DNA of 63,335 nucleotides, the filler included, from Pelomyxa schiedti (Eukaryota > Protista > Evosea): NCBI GenBank assembly GCA_020536535.1. It is 10 parts of 10 records of this genome, joined end to end, with 100 filler letters (N's around TTAATTAATTAA, not from the genome) between each part and the next. Parts side by side here need not be neighbours in the genome. Positions count along the whole stretch, not along the records: positions 23,718 to 40,092 come from JAHLWZ010001144.1; 9 more parts are not named here. One strand, written 5' to 3'. A program made the translations under genes and the position numbers. This document shows, piece by piece, positions 26,729 through 38,450 of the stretch. The first letter of the stretch is position 1. Every line of letters begins with the position of its first letter. Under the pieces are notes generated by a model that saw only the letters and a program-made list of their open reading frames with translations, ran no database searches and had not been told where the DNA came from.

Positions 26729-26844
26729 AGATTGAACCTGAGCCATGCAACCCTCTCCGTGGCCATCACGAACTTCGTGAGGGCCGAGATTGGAAAGAAG
26801 TTCGTGATGGCCGTGGAGAGGGTTGCGTGGCTCAGGTTCAATCT
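26729..26844. repeat. 48-bp stem / 20-nt loop hairpin (MITE-like or template-switch product)
   Basis: Arm 26729-26776 AGATTGAACCTGAGCCATGC...ATCACGAACTTC pairs with 26797-26844; three non-Watson-Crick positions. Confidence 0.92.
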
Positions 26845-28551
26845 GGCCAACACCAGGGGCAGTCTTACCAAAACGGGCCCTGGTGTAGACCCAGGTCATG
26901 ACCGAAGAGCGCCGCCCGTGTTCTCTGTGCCAATCGAGAGCACAAGTGGAGGGAACCGGGCCGCGAAAAAACACTTCGTAACAGATGTTTTCGAGGAACT
27001 TGAGATCGGTTTATCAGCATTGTGGGATCAAAAACTTGACAGGGCCGGACTTCAAGTGCAGGCAACCCCTATAGTAATCGTAGCTGGGCCAGACCTCGAC
27101 ACTGGTACAATTAAAATATGTGAATAATGGTGGCTGGGCTCTAACTCAAATACCTCAGATTTCACTTCAATTTACTTGTCGATGGGAAGGAAGCCAGCAT
27201 AGCCTTTCTGAGAGAATACTTCAGGAATGGAGTGCCGTCGAAGACGAACATCTCTGCACAACCGAATACAGGCCTGAGGGCAACACTTGGTAAGTTCATG
27301 TGGTGCCTCTATTGAAAATCATATCTGCAATAAGGACTATGCTACCACACAACTTGTGGTCGTACGGAATGACTGTAATGGTCTGTGACTAATGAAGACC
27401 CAGCTGACGAAAATTCTGTAGGTTCCGCCGAATATAGTTCCATCCATTCCTAAGAGAATCCACTGAAACCAATGCTTATTGTCACCCCTCCGCCTATCAC
27501 AGTTAGATTTGCCAACCTCAAATGACAAAATATGGTAACCTTTCTGTGTGAACAATTTTCACTTTCCTACTAAAGACGTTCTAGTGCGTGCACATTTTTA
27601 CTAAATTTTATCTCCACACATTGCCGGTTTATCTTGCACAGACTTTTTTCTTGTCAATTGAGCTGAAAGTGGATTCCAGTACAAACAATAATGTATATTT
27701 TCTTTTGGGTTTTTTTTTCCGCCCTTGTTCATTACATCATCCCATACTATTCATTTTTACCAAGTGTTACTTGTTTCCAGTAAATTTATTTTTCCATAGG
27801 CAAACCTTCTTTTGGAGAATTCATCTTCTCCTCGAATGTCAAGAATAAGACTCTGAAGTTTGTGTTCTTACAAGTTCGTATTCAGTAGTACGTATCACCT
27901 ATTCCCGCTCCAGATTCCTTCTTTCTAATACATGCGAGTTTTCATTGCCTCCAGTTTTCTGCCCCGGTAATCATCCAGAATTACTGCAGGAAACCGTTAT
28001 ACTCACGTCAGTCCATAGCAAAATAGGCTTATCGTGTTGACATTTTGAGAGTTCAACAATTTCTGTCATCACCTACATTCTCTGTCAAAACCCTTACCTC
28101 AGCCTTCTATAGCTGCATTGGAAATTCCCAAGAAGGTGCATGGAGAAGCTGATGATGCACTGTAGGAAAATACAATCAGCCTATTTTGTTGGCCGTAAAT
28201 ATAGACAGAAAAAAGACCTTCTCTCAATCAGATTCACGCCCTCTTCCAGTTTGGCATCACAAAGCAAAAATATTGGCAAGACACTCCTGTGACAATCATA
28301 TGTCTCTTCATACCTCGATTGAAATAACCGCTCCCAGATGATATGCACACCGAATTCATGTCAATACCTGCTCGTCCAGTGCCACCACATTTGTCTGAGC
28401 TGATCCAATATCTGCAGTCTGTGGGGTCGATGTGAAAATCAAATCTTGCTGTATTTTTGGTAGTGTCTGAAACAAGATGTCATCATGATGAATTAATTTT
28501 GCCTGCGCAACATTTTTTAATAAAAAATAGACAAAGACAAGATCTCGTCGC

Positions 28552-29935
28552 ATGCAGCAACAACAGCCAGCGGTACCTCATCGAGACGTAATCGATCTCA
28601 CTCTTGACGACGATGAGGATTCCCCTCACAGGGTTGCCTTGGTATCAGCGACCCCAACGCCGACCGTGGTAACTCGTCCGAGCTCGCTCGATTCCGACAA
28701 TCTCGAACGCGTGACTTTTTCTATGCAGACACCGCCAATTCGCGCCCCAACAAGTATTGCTACTCCCGAGCGAACACAACCAAATCAAGCCGAACCCATG
28801 CGTGATGAACCTTCCCCGTTTCCTTCACGTGCTCCGACAACAAATGAAACTGGTCCCCTGTCAGGTACATCTGTTTTCTAACTGGTACATCAAATAATGT
28901 GCCAACAGAGTCTGTGGCAGCATTCCCCCAACTCTTGGCTGAGAATGTTACTCACAATGCCTTGAGCAATGCTCTGACATCGGAATTTATTAGAACTGGC
29001 TTCTTCAGTGCTCAAGACATTGGTATTTCCAATCGACCCCAGAAGCCATCACCCAATCCAAAGCTGATAACCGAGATTACGTCTGGGATTCCTCAAGTAC
29101 TTTCAGTACCGATTGCCAGCCAATTCATTCAACGTTAATGTTCTAAATAAGGATGCTGCATCTACTACTGAGCGCCAACGACCACCCCCAAATGAATTGC
29201 CGCAAGGTAATAAGGCTGTATTGTATTCAGATTTATCCAAAAGATTCCAGATGGTGGGTCTGGCCTTCGCACCCTGCTGCCCATTTTTATGACACACATT
29301 GAGCAAACAAGAGCGTTTACCAGTCAAATAACCAAAGAACGAGAGGCTGAGTTGAAGCTATGCAGGGGACTTTTTGGGGTAATATTAATTACCCCAAAAT
29401 TAATAAATAAATACATATGCATTCCAATCATTTACTCTCATATCGTATGGGCTAACTTCTCTCCTAGCATCTGGAGAGCACTCTCTTACTCTTGGAAGAT
29501 ACTGGTACCAACTATCCTAGGACTCTTTAACTCGACTCGTAACTTAAAATTATTCCCCAGAAAAGAAGAGAAAACAAATCCAGGAAGCAAATGCAAGAGC
29601 CACTGCAGGTTGAGATGAAAATTCAACACTACTTCGTATCGTCATTACGCACTGCTGTTAAATCCTTTGGGTTTCCCACTATATCACAGCAAAAAGGGCA
29701 CTGATAGACCAGCACAAAGCCGAACTTCAACAACTACAACAAAAGGGGCAACAAATCAAAGATGACATTCGTGCCGGTATCTGTCCCCCCCCCCCCCCCC
29801 CCCCAACACTAAAACCAGCAGGAAACTGCTGAAGCAACAAACTAGCTAAAAATGATCTTTCTCACTTCTCTCCCACCCATAGTACCGGATCAAGTGGTAA
29901 ATGATCTCAAAGAACTGGCACAGAAGAAGCCATGA
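28552..29935 (+). CDS. Hypothetical protein with a SUMO-interacting-like motif and C-terminal coiled coil
   Basis: MQQQQ..VIDLTLDDDED; spliced ..HLESTLLLLEDT|EKKRKQIQEANARATA|AKRALIDQHKAELQQLQQK..|VPDQVVNDLKELAQKKP*. Confidence 0.6.
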
Positions 29936-30194
29936 GTTGCTTTTTTCCAGACCACGAGCACAACTTTCTGGTTGAATCTTCACCTGTCCAATCCAGAGAA
30001 ATACTTCGGAAGAAAGAAATTTTGTTTCTTTATTTCGACTTCACACACAGAGTGAACGTAGAGTGTTGTGGTGCTGAGAAGCATGGTGAGATAGAGTGGT
30101 GTGTGAGTTGTAAGGTGCGCAAGTGCAAGAGGAAGAGGAAGAGGGTGACAGTGTAGAGGTGAAGTGGGAACCCAGGCACAGGCACCTGGTGCGT

Positions 30195-31478
30195 TCAGTT
30201 CATCTGTCCTTCTGAGGCGGGATCAGTGTTACCTATTATTGTTGAGTGGGTGTTGATAAAAAGAGTGCGGTTGAGCCTGTGGTTGCAACGGAAGAATAGA
30301 AGAAAAAGGAGCAAGTTCCAAGAAGTCGACTGAGCCAAGTGCAGCAAAAAGGAAGCGATGCCTGCAGTTGCATAAGAATTCCCATCCCAGGTTAATTGGA
30401 GTAATACCAGTCGCTCCAGAGCATATGAACTATCAAAGGTGCCGTGATGCACCCACCAGATCACCTTTTCTTTTCATCTATTATTTGCGTGACTTAGGAT
30501 ATCTATTTTTCACATTGAGTAGCAGCATATGCTTTCAATGCAGTTATATCATAGATTGATCTTCAGAACATCATGCCAAAGCTCCAAATCAATCTGAGCA
30601 ATGATAAGACCTATCCACAAAATGTAAACACGTGACGACAGACACTTCATGGGAGCCTCCTCTGCAGTACAACAAAAGGCTGTTATACCATTAGAAGAAG
30701 AAGTGCAACTGTTACATACCAGTTGACTGGTGGAGATTCGCGTCATTTTGTAGGGGAGTCTTTATTGTATCTGTTGGGCCTTGGCTTCCTTATGCCACGC
30801 AGATCCAAACCTGAGGAAAAGTGTAATGGGAAGACTCTGATCACTCAAACCCACCCATTATTACAATCTTTAATAGCTTCCACGACACTTCCCATTCCAA
30901 AGTGAGAGCTTTTGCACGGAAAAGGTGGTGCAGGAATTTGCTCTCGTGTTAAATTCGCGGGTAAAGGCACAATGTTTGCAGATATTGCTTTGCCAATGTA
31001 GAGAAGCATTTCACTTTGAACTTCACAAAGAAATCCATCCTATTGATTGAATACTTTTTCATAGATCATCTCTAACAAAAGAATACCTTTGTCGTATATC
31101 ACAGAGAGTTTTAAATTCCAAATCAACTGCCGAGGTGAACAACCAGGCGGATTCTTCTATGTCAATGGATTTAATCCACTCGAAGAGTTCCGTAATATAT
31201 ATGAGCTCCATGCTTTGATAGCAGCAAGGGAAGACGAGATTCCAAGTAGGAATTCAATTTGTTTCTCTCATTCTTAAGATAGAATTGGCATTTTATGTCC
31301 TGAATTTGTCAGTTGAGGTGGCCTTAAGTTGTGTAAGACCGGTTGTGAAGTTTTCCTGCAGATACAGATACGGAGCGTCCCCGGCTTCTGTTGTACGTAC
31401 GTTCTGTAGTACTTTTAGGAAGTGTGTATTTTTTCCATTTGGCAAGAAATAGCAGAAAGATACAGAAGTTCCTATCAC
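30195..31478 (-). CDS. Hypothetical multi-exon gene or remnant
   Basis: Protein-like exons (DGFLCEVQSEMLLYIGKAISANIVPLP; KVLQNVRTTEAGDAPYLYLQENF) with GT-AG candidates; could not be joined without stops. Confidence 0.25.
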
Positions 31479-32579
31479 CTATTATAAGACTCTAAGAATG
31501 AACGGATTACTTTTTGCGGTGACTCTGTTCTTGCAGTCAAATGGGCCTCATTTTGCTTTGCTCAGTAGTCATGTGGTATGGAACAAAGTTCAAATCTGGA
31601 AACCAATTGACAATAAGGTTCTTTTTATCAACAGCAACCTGCAGCAGATCGAGGCTCCAAGATAATCTTTGATACCTGCACTCCCAATACATCAGGCAGG
31701 GCAGTGGAACCTTTTAAAAAAACTGGTTGGGGTGCTTAAGGATGTACAGGGCAGCAGAAAGCAAGAGGATTATTGGAATGGGTAGTAGCAGGGGCCACTG
31801 CGTGGTTGTCACTAAAAAAGCAAAGGGGTGTGGGTTGCAGGCACAGCGCATTGGTCACATGTGCGTGGTGCAAGTGATCAACACAGAGGCAAGTCAGAAG
31901 TTAGACTGAGTAAAAATCTCCAAGATGATGATCCATTGCGACACACCACCAGGTAACAAAAGAACCATTCATTCCTTGGAAGAAACACCTTGGAGTTTTT
32001 CCGCCCCCAACCGGAGTGGGTGATGGCGCCACCTTTCTTTGCGTGAACACAGCAACTTGAACGCAACAACAACATTCACAGAAACCGCCAAAATGACAAC
32101 CACCACGCAACGGTGGCAACTTACAGTTGTTACAAGCAAAAAACAAACAAAGATGATAAAGTGCAGCGGGGCGGTGCTGTGGCACTTACGGGCAAAATGT
32201 GGGTCGTGTCTTGTGTGCTTGATTTTATGTTGCATTTATTAAATACGTATACCTATTTCTTTACAGCACCACCACTAGAAAATCGGAGGTTTGGCATAAA
32301 AAAAGAATCCATGCTCAATGCATGCTCGCCCAAGTCCTTTGGTCACAGAACTGAACCAGGTGTGTGTGATACCCTCCGATTGCTACCCTTTTTTTCTAAT
32401 AATCTGGGTAAGAAAATGCTCGGGCACAACGGAACCGCTTTGAACCACCTGTTTCTCTTCCTCTTACAAGTCTTTCGAGAAGCACTCCACAATTGAACAA
32501 AAGATCTCCGTTTCCCATGAATACTTGGACGCGCGATAGCTCCGATTGAGAGTATGAATAAAGTTGATTCATTTATTTT

Positions 32580-33780
32580 TTCTCATGCAAATCTATGTAC
32601 CAGTCTGGACTTAGCGTTTTGGAACTGGGAAGTGAACACTCCGTCCGAATAGGTTTCGTCCCTACTCTTCAGTTGCTGGCAGGGGGCACGGAGTTTAAAT
32701 GCTCAAAGCGGCGCTGTAGTGTGCAGCAGTAGGAAAGTTTGCCAGACACTGTACCTACCCACACTTCCTTCGTGTAACCTGGTAGAATATAGATACTTCC
32801 AATCTTTGTCTTATCTTGGTTCATAGAAGCACTAGAAGAATTCGAAGTTGCAGTGTTCGATGACTTCTGTGCCTTCTTCGGCGGTAAACGATACGTTCTA
32901 GCAAAATGACCTTATTTACCACAGTTTGCAGCATTCTCAATCAGATTCCGAACCGCCTTGCCGTTCATTGCTCATAGAAATACTTCATTCGGCGAGTAAA
33001 TGCCACAATATGAGCGATTGTAGTGGCTTATCTGTACTGTACTGATATCAGGCCTATCTGGGCTAGTACAGCATCCCACCAGCATTTTGTGACATAATAG
33101 AAGGTCATGAAAAGAAGATTTACAAGACTGTGGAACTCAACTGGGATTGTACAATAGGCACTTGGTACTTGTATTTCATCCGGAACTATATTTAGGTTGA
33201 AATACGAAAAAATTTCTATCTGCTGAGACTACTTTTTCGCCTCTGTGGACTTCATGCTTTTTACTGGATAAATCCTATTCAATCATGATTTTGGTCTGTT
33301 TTCCCACACATCGGCAAGTTTCACATCAAATAGATTCTGGTTTTCAGAGTAAAAAACCCGGTTAAGATATCATTAGTTGCACAAATCTGTGGTCCTCTGC
33401 CCCTTTGCCATGTTCAAGTATGTCTAAGTAAGGTATATTACTCACACTTTTAAGATGAACAAATTCCAACGAACTTCTCTACGGAAGAATCTTTTTGTCT
33501 GCCAGCATTCTTGGGTTCGCGTGACTTGTCGACATCAGGTTAATTGAGTACTCTCTGTTGGCCTCTTTCACTCACTCACATTATTAGACACAGTTTGTTC
33601 AACGACCAAAGCTACGGACCAGGACAATGTCCCCAACACGAAATCGACATCAAATGGGAGAACTAAAAAAAACACCAGACTGGACCACGAAAATATTGGA
33701 CGTGGTGTACCACCAGTGCTTTCGTTTGATTTTGATGATAGTTTTGGTTTGTGTGGCTGGTTGTTGACTGAAACGTCCAA
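32580..33780 (-). CDS. Hypothetical multi-exon gene or remnant
   Basis: Short protein-like frames (TYRLPPKKAQKSSNT..KIGSIYILPGYTKEVW); no complete model. Confidence 0.2.
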
Positions 33781-33852
33781 TACAGCGTTTCAACGCAAGT
33801 GGGGGGGAAACTTCGTTTTCACCTAAGTTACTTCGGCATCACTAGTACCAGC

Positions 33853-34606
33853 TCATGCGGGAAAGGATGACTTCAACCACGGCCCGCGGCAAATTGCCCA
33901 GTCCAGTAACTCCTGAGTTTGCGGTTGCAGCTGTTGTGGCATTGCGTAACCAGCAGAGCAGCACGGTCCTGACGATGCGCTCCCGGAACCACCAAGGGAA
34001 TTGCTTGCGATGACGAGGGTCCCAAGTTGGCGCAGGGTCGACGAACGGGCTATGCTGGGATGGCGTGGGTCAACTGGTTTTCCTTTTATGCGCGGTTCAA
34101 TGCCTGTAGGTAATGTCACACCATGGAACAGGAGCAATTCCGCAATTCCGCAGTGGCTGTGTGCAAGTGCTGAAACCATTAGCCCAGATGGAATGTGTTC
34201 TTGTTCGCACAGCGGGAGAAGCTGGTGAATCAACTCAAAGCATCTGCATTCCACTGCCCAGTCCAAAACCGTGAGGCTCCTTCCAGAAATATCAATAGTG
34301 ATGGATGTGGGCATGCTGAAGAGCCTTGCAATTTCCTTTACTCTCTTGTCACTGAAAGTCAGCAACCACGTCAAGATAACAGCGAAGCTGCCAGTAATCG
34401 TATGACAATGCAGAACTTGCTGTATTTTCTCATTCTCCCATCCACTGACATTCCTGGAAGAAAGTGCAGGAGGCAACTTCCTTGGTTCAGATGGATGAAG
34501 TGGCTTGAGTTCACTTACCAAAATGGCTTTCTACAGTGGGCCCATGTGTTCGGTTTTTCAGGGCTCTGCAGAATTTCTTGCATGAATGCCTGCCTGTGAG
34601 TGACAT
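33853..34606 (-). CDS. Ankyrin-repeat-like protein
   Basis: TVLDWAVECRCFELIHQLL and ALAHSHCGIAELLLFHGV resemble ankyrin helix pairs; 5' exon join uncertain. Confidence 0.5.
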
Positions 34607-34631
34607 TCCACAAAAGGCACACCACACACAT

Positions 34632-35780
34632 AGGCCAAGTGCATGAGGGAAAAAAAAAAAATTCCAAAAACAAAATCCTTGTGTGGGGCGTTGATCAGCA
34701 TGCTCCAATAGACAGGGCCTTGCAAAAATAAAAATTAAAAAATTTCCCATCACTGCTGGTCCTTTCGGGANNNNNNNNNNNNNNNNNNNNNNNNNNNNNN
34801 NNNNNNNNNNNNNNNNNNNNNNNNNNNNNNNNNNNNNNNNNNNNNNNNNNNNNNNNNNNNNNNNNNNNNNCGGTCTATCAGATTCGAGCCAAATGGCTCT
34901 ACCGCTGAGCTAGCCGGGTTGTTATCACGTTCTGCCCATATGTGGCTACTTATTGGGGGGGTTGGTTTTCGAACCCCACGCAAAAGGTACCTTTGGTACC
35001 TACCCCCATGTGGTGAGGTGAGGCACACAAACTACAAAATTGGGTGTGCCTTTGATATGGCCTATGGCCACTGACATTTAACCCACTGCTTACAACCAAT
35101 AGCACCTAACACCTCACTCCCTGCTCTTGTTCTGGAAGGACAGGATGGTGTTGGTGGAGGGGAAAAAAAAAAAAAATCAATGGTGTCTTGACACCATTAA
35201 CCAGTAAAAAAATCACTTCTGGCACTCAACCCTTGGTTGCTGCGTGCCCCCAACCACTTATTTCATCTTGTGTAAACTGTTTTTCCCAGAAAACCCACGT
35301 CTGTGTGTTGCTGCACACTGAATGTTTGAAAAACAGAATAAAAAATACTTTGTAAATTATCCTGCAGCCCATACTCGATGCCCATGCTGTGGTTGATTGT
35401 TAGAATCGTAGGATAACTTTTGTAAATGGTTTCAGTCTATTTGGACTCCAAAGTGTCCCTTTTCTCAATGGTGCTCAACATACAGCCAATCACAGAGGCC
35501 AAGTGCATGGGGAAAAAAAAAAAAATTCCAAAAACAAAATCCTTGTGTGGGGCGTTGATCAGCATGCTCCAATAGACAGGGCCTTGCAAAAATAAAAATT
35601 AAAAAATTTCCCATCACTGCTGGTCCTTTCGGGAGTCGCCTGCGGTGGGAATGGAACCGCGGTCTATCAGATTCGAGCCAAATGGCTCTACCGCTGAGCT
35701 AGCCGGGTTGTTATCACGTTCTGCCCATATGTGGCTACTTATTGGGGGGGTTGGTTTTCGAACCCCACGCAAAAGGTACC
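34632..35780. repeat. ~285-bp direct duplication (34632-34991 and 35496-35780) containing a tRNA-like sequence
   Basis: Near-identical copies; the 100-N gap in copy 1 replaces 25 bases visible at 35635-35659 in copy 2. Confidence 0.9.
35637..35708 (-). pseudogene. tRNA-derived sequence (tRNA-Lys-like 5' half), degenerate; partial second copy at 34871-34919
   Basis: 72 nt ACCCGGC TA GCTC AGCGGTA GAGC ... GGTTCCATTCC ...; good A-box and D-stem, B-box with 1 mismatch; acceptor, anticodon and T stems pair poorly. Confidence 0.65.
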
Positions 35781-35799
35781 AAAGGTACCTTTTGCGTGG
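35765..35799. repeat. Perfect 16-bp hairpin with AAA loop
   Basis: CCACGCAAAAGGTACC-AAA-GGTACCTTTTGCGTGG. Confidence 0.9.
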
Positions 35800-37920
35800 T
35801 TACCTTTTTCTTTCCTTTTGTTTTTTCCTTTATTTCTTTCTATTCCTTTCTTTTGTTTTATAAGTTTATTCACAATAGAAGAAAATAGAAAAAGGTTTTT
35901 CTTTTGTATGGTACTTATGATACCTTTGCTGGTGTAATTTGGTGTTAGGTGAGGTTATTTTATGCAGTTGAATTCTCAGTAAAATCACAAAAACAAATTT
36001 TATGTACAATCCTTTTTTCATTTACATAAGCCGTTCTTGTTCTATTGGTACCTAAGTGTAGTGTAAATCATTATGCACTAACTGCTTCATTGATTATCTT
36101 GCTGTAGAGGTAAGAAACCACCTGTGATATTTGTGCTTCTCCTTAGGGTGGTAGTAGTAATGCTCACTATTACCGGCTGGAGAAACGTTAGGTTCAACAC
36201 TACTGTCCCAACATATACCTTTGTATTCGAACATATACGCAGTAGTAGTTTAATGTGCAGGTGAAGTGACAAAGATGCTATTTGCTATTATCTAGGCCAA
36301 CACCTTACGGTGCATCACAGGTAATGTCACTAGAATTTGACAAGAGGGGCCTCCAATGATAACATCAGCCGTCCACTGTGCACAAACTATACCCAGTAAT
36401 TGTAGTCGAACCACCTCTTGTACAGAAGAGGAGCTTTCCCAATCTGGACCCTGATGGAACATCCTGGGTAGGGAGGAGAGAGGGGCACCCCCCTCCCTCA
36501 CTGTTACGATAGTAATCACTCCAGCACAAGATGGAGCAACGTATAATTTGCCTGTTGGCAAAAGTAACAGCAATTGGCAGATTCCAAAGCGTTATATCCT
36601 CACTCATAGATGGCATATACATAACTACACGACACCCAGTTCCAATCCAGCGTTCACAATACATTTGACTCCTGATGTGCACGAGTCAGTACCATATATG
36701 AAAGATAGGGGAAGAGACAGAAACTGGTGTTCTACGGGGGATAAAATTATTGCCAGTCAGGACAAGCGGCTCCATCTCATTTGTACTCACTGAAGGAGTT
36801 ATGGAAGGCCTAGAAAGAATTAGAGTGTTGTGAATCATAACATCCTACTTGGGTAACTGTAAAATGAAAGTGCAACTGCAGGGTCTGGTTGTTATCGGCA
36901 CATTCTGGGAATAGACACTTAATGACAGTGTTGTTGATCATATTGAACGAGGGTTAGTTAATGATCTGAGCTGTTGCATTTGAGCGGAGGAATTCCACAG
37001 AAAATTGTACGGACAAAACAACACAGGAAATTTGAGTATACTGTACTAAGAGCTGTGGATTCCACCATTGATTGGCATTGCCCCACCACAGGTATCAGCA
37101 CAAGATTCCTGATCCCTGCTGGGAACGAGAGGTGGGAATGCTGCACACTTGGATATTAGCTCCAGAGCCAAGAGGTACAAAGCAAGTGATTTGTGAATGC
37201 GGAATGGCAACATGCCCCACTACATGGTACCCAGTCTGCGGATTTGTATCAACAGAACAAATGTGTTAAGATCACAGACATTCAAGCCGGTAATGCTAAG
37301 ACATGAACCACTAGTTTTAGGGAGAAGAGGTACTGTGAAGGACTTAGATAAAGGGTTAAGTAACTATTGCTTTGGTGCGAAGCGAAACGTACAGAAATAT
37401 TGTGAAAGAAACCACGCCCTGTGATAAAGGCACCAAGTAATGTGTGACTTTAATACTGAGCCGTGTGCCAGGTTGCTCCATCCATCAGTTGTAGTTTTAG
37501 TGTTCTTTGTTTTTGAGGTTCCGAGGTGTCTCGTAACAACGAAGGTTGAGTTTACCAAATGCCCGACAGACCCTTACTCTGGCGAAATCAAATTGTACTT
37601 TTTCTAAGAAACACGCTGGGACACCGGTACGGTACCGCACCGTTTGTGTAGTAATTTAAACCGTTTGTTTTGTTTTTTGCTTTTGGTGTCGTTTTATGCA
37701 TATCTGAAAAAATCCAAGTGAAACTAATGGGGTGTAACAGATTGCGTTAACTCTTGGAGTTTGGACGCTTCCTTCCTTCACCTTCCCCTCCAACACAGTA
37801 CATATCTCCTCCAATACAAATACCCTATTCCTCTTCTACACCACCATGCCTGACAGTCCCCTTCTTTCTTCAATTCAACCTCAAGCAGTTCCATGCACTC
37901 CAATTCCCTTTCAAAAAAGG

Positions 37921-38450
37921 ACAGCCTGCATGTTTTTCATCAGAGGCCTGGCTCCAAGGTGATGGTTAACTTTGAATTAATATTTGCAGGGCACCAATTG
38001 CATCTTCCGTCACAGTGACAAGGCCAAATTTGGAAGCCATGAAGTTTGCCCAACTTGGGAGCAGCAAGCTATGCGCTCCGTTCACCCCAAATTGGTCCTT
38101 CAATCATCAAAGGTTTATTTTCCCATTTTGAATCATCTCAGTGAAATATGTTTCCAGGGATCTTAACAACCATTAGTCATAGTCTCAGATGTTCACATGA
38201 TACCATGGTCCAGAACGCCTGACTGCATGTATTTTCTCAATTCCGGGCAGTGCACCAAGGTACCACCTACACAAAAATTTTAAGTTAATAAGAAAATTAG
38301 GGAGATTGTTGTACAATGGGAAGTTGGTGGAACCTGCAGTGATAAAATGTGCTCCTTTCTTCATCCAAAAAAGACAAGCCAGCAGCAAAATCCTCAGTAT
38401 TCTTTGAATGGACCACAGTGTTCCTACCTGACTCTTCACCTACACTGACA
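37921..38450 (+). pseudogene. Degenerate multi-CCCH zinc-finger gene (ZC3H11-like finger pairs)
   Basis: ACMFFIRGL(C)SK|GTNCIFRHS needs one T at 37950/1; VCPTW..; PDCMYFLNSGQCTKG; TCSDKMCSFLHP; further lesions downstream. Confidence 0.6.

Noticed and set aside
29445-29560. 22-23-nt mini-introns (29445-29467, 29539-29560)
   Set aside because: Longer introns sharing the same acceptors give a better continuous coiled-coil reading.
36080-37600. Possible degenerate transposon or viral gene
   Set aside because: Only short broken frames with no catalytic motif I can name; needs a profile search.
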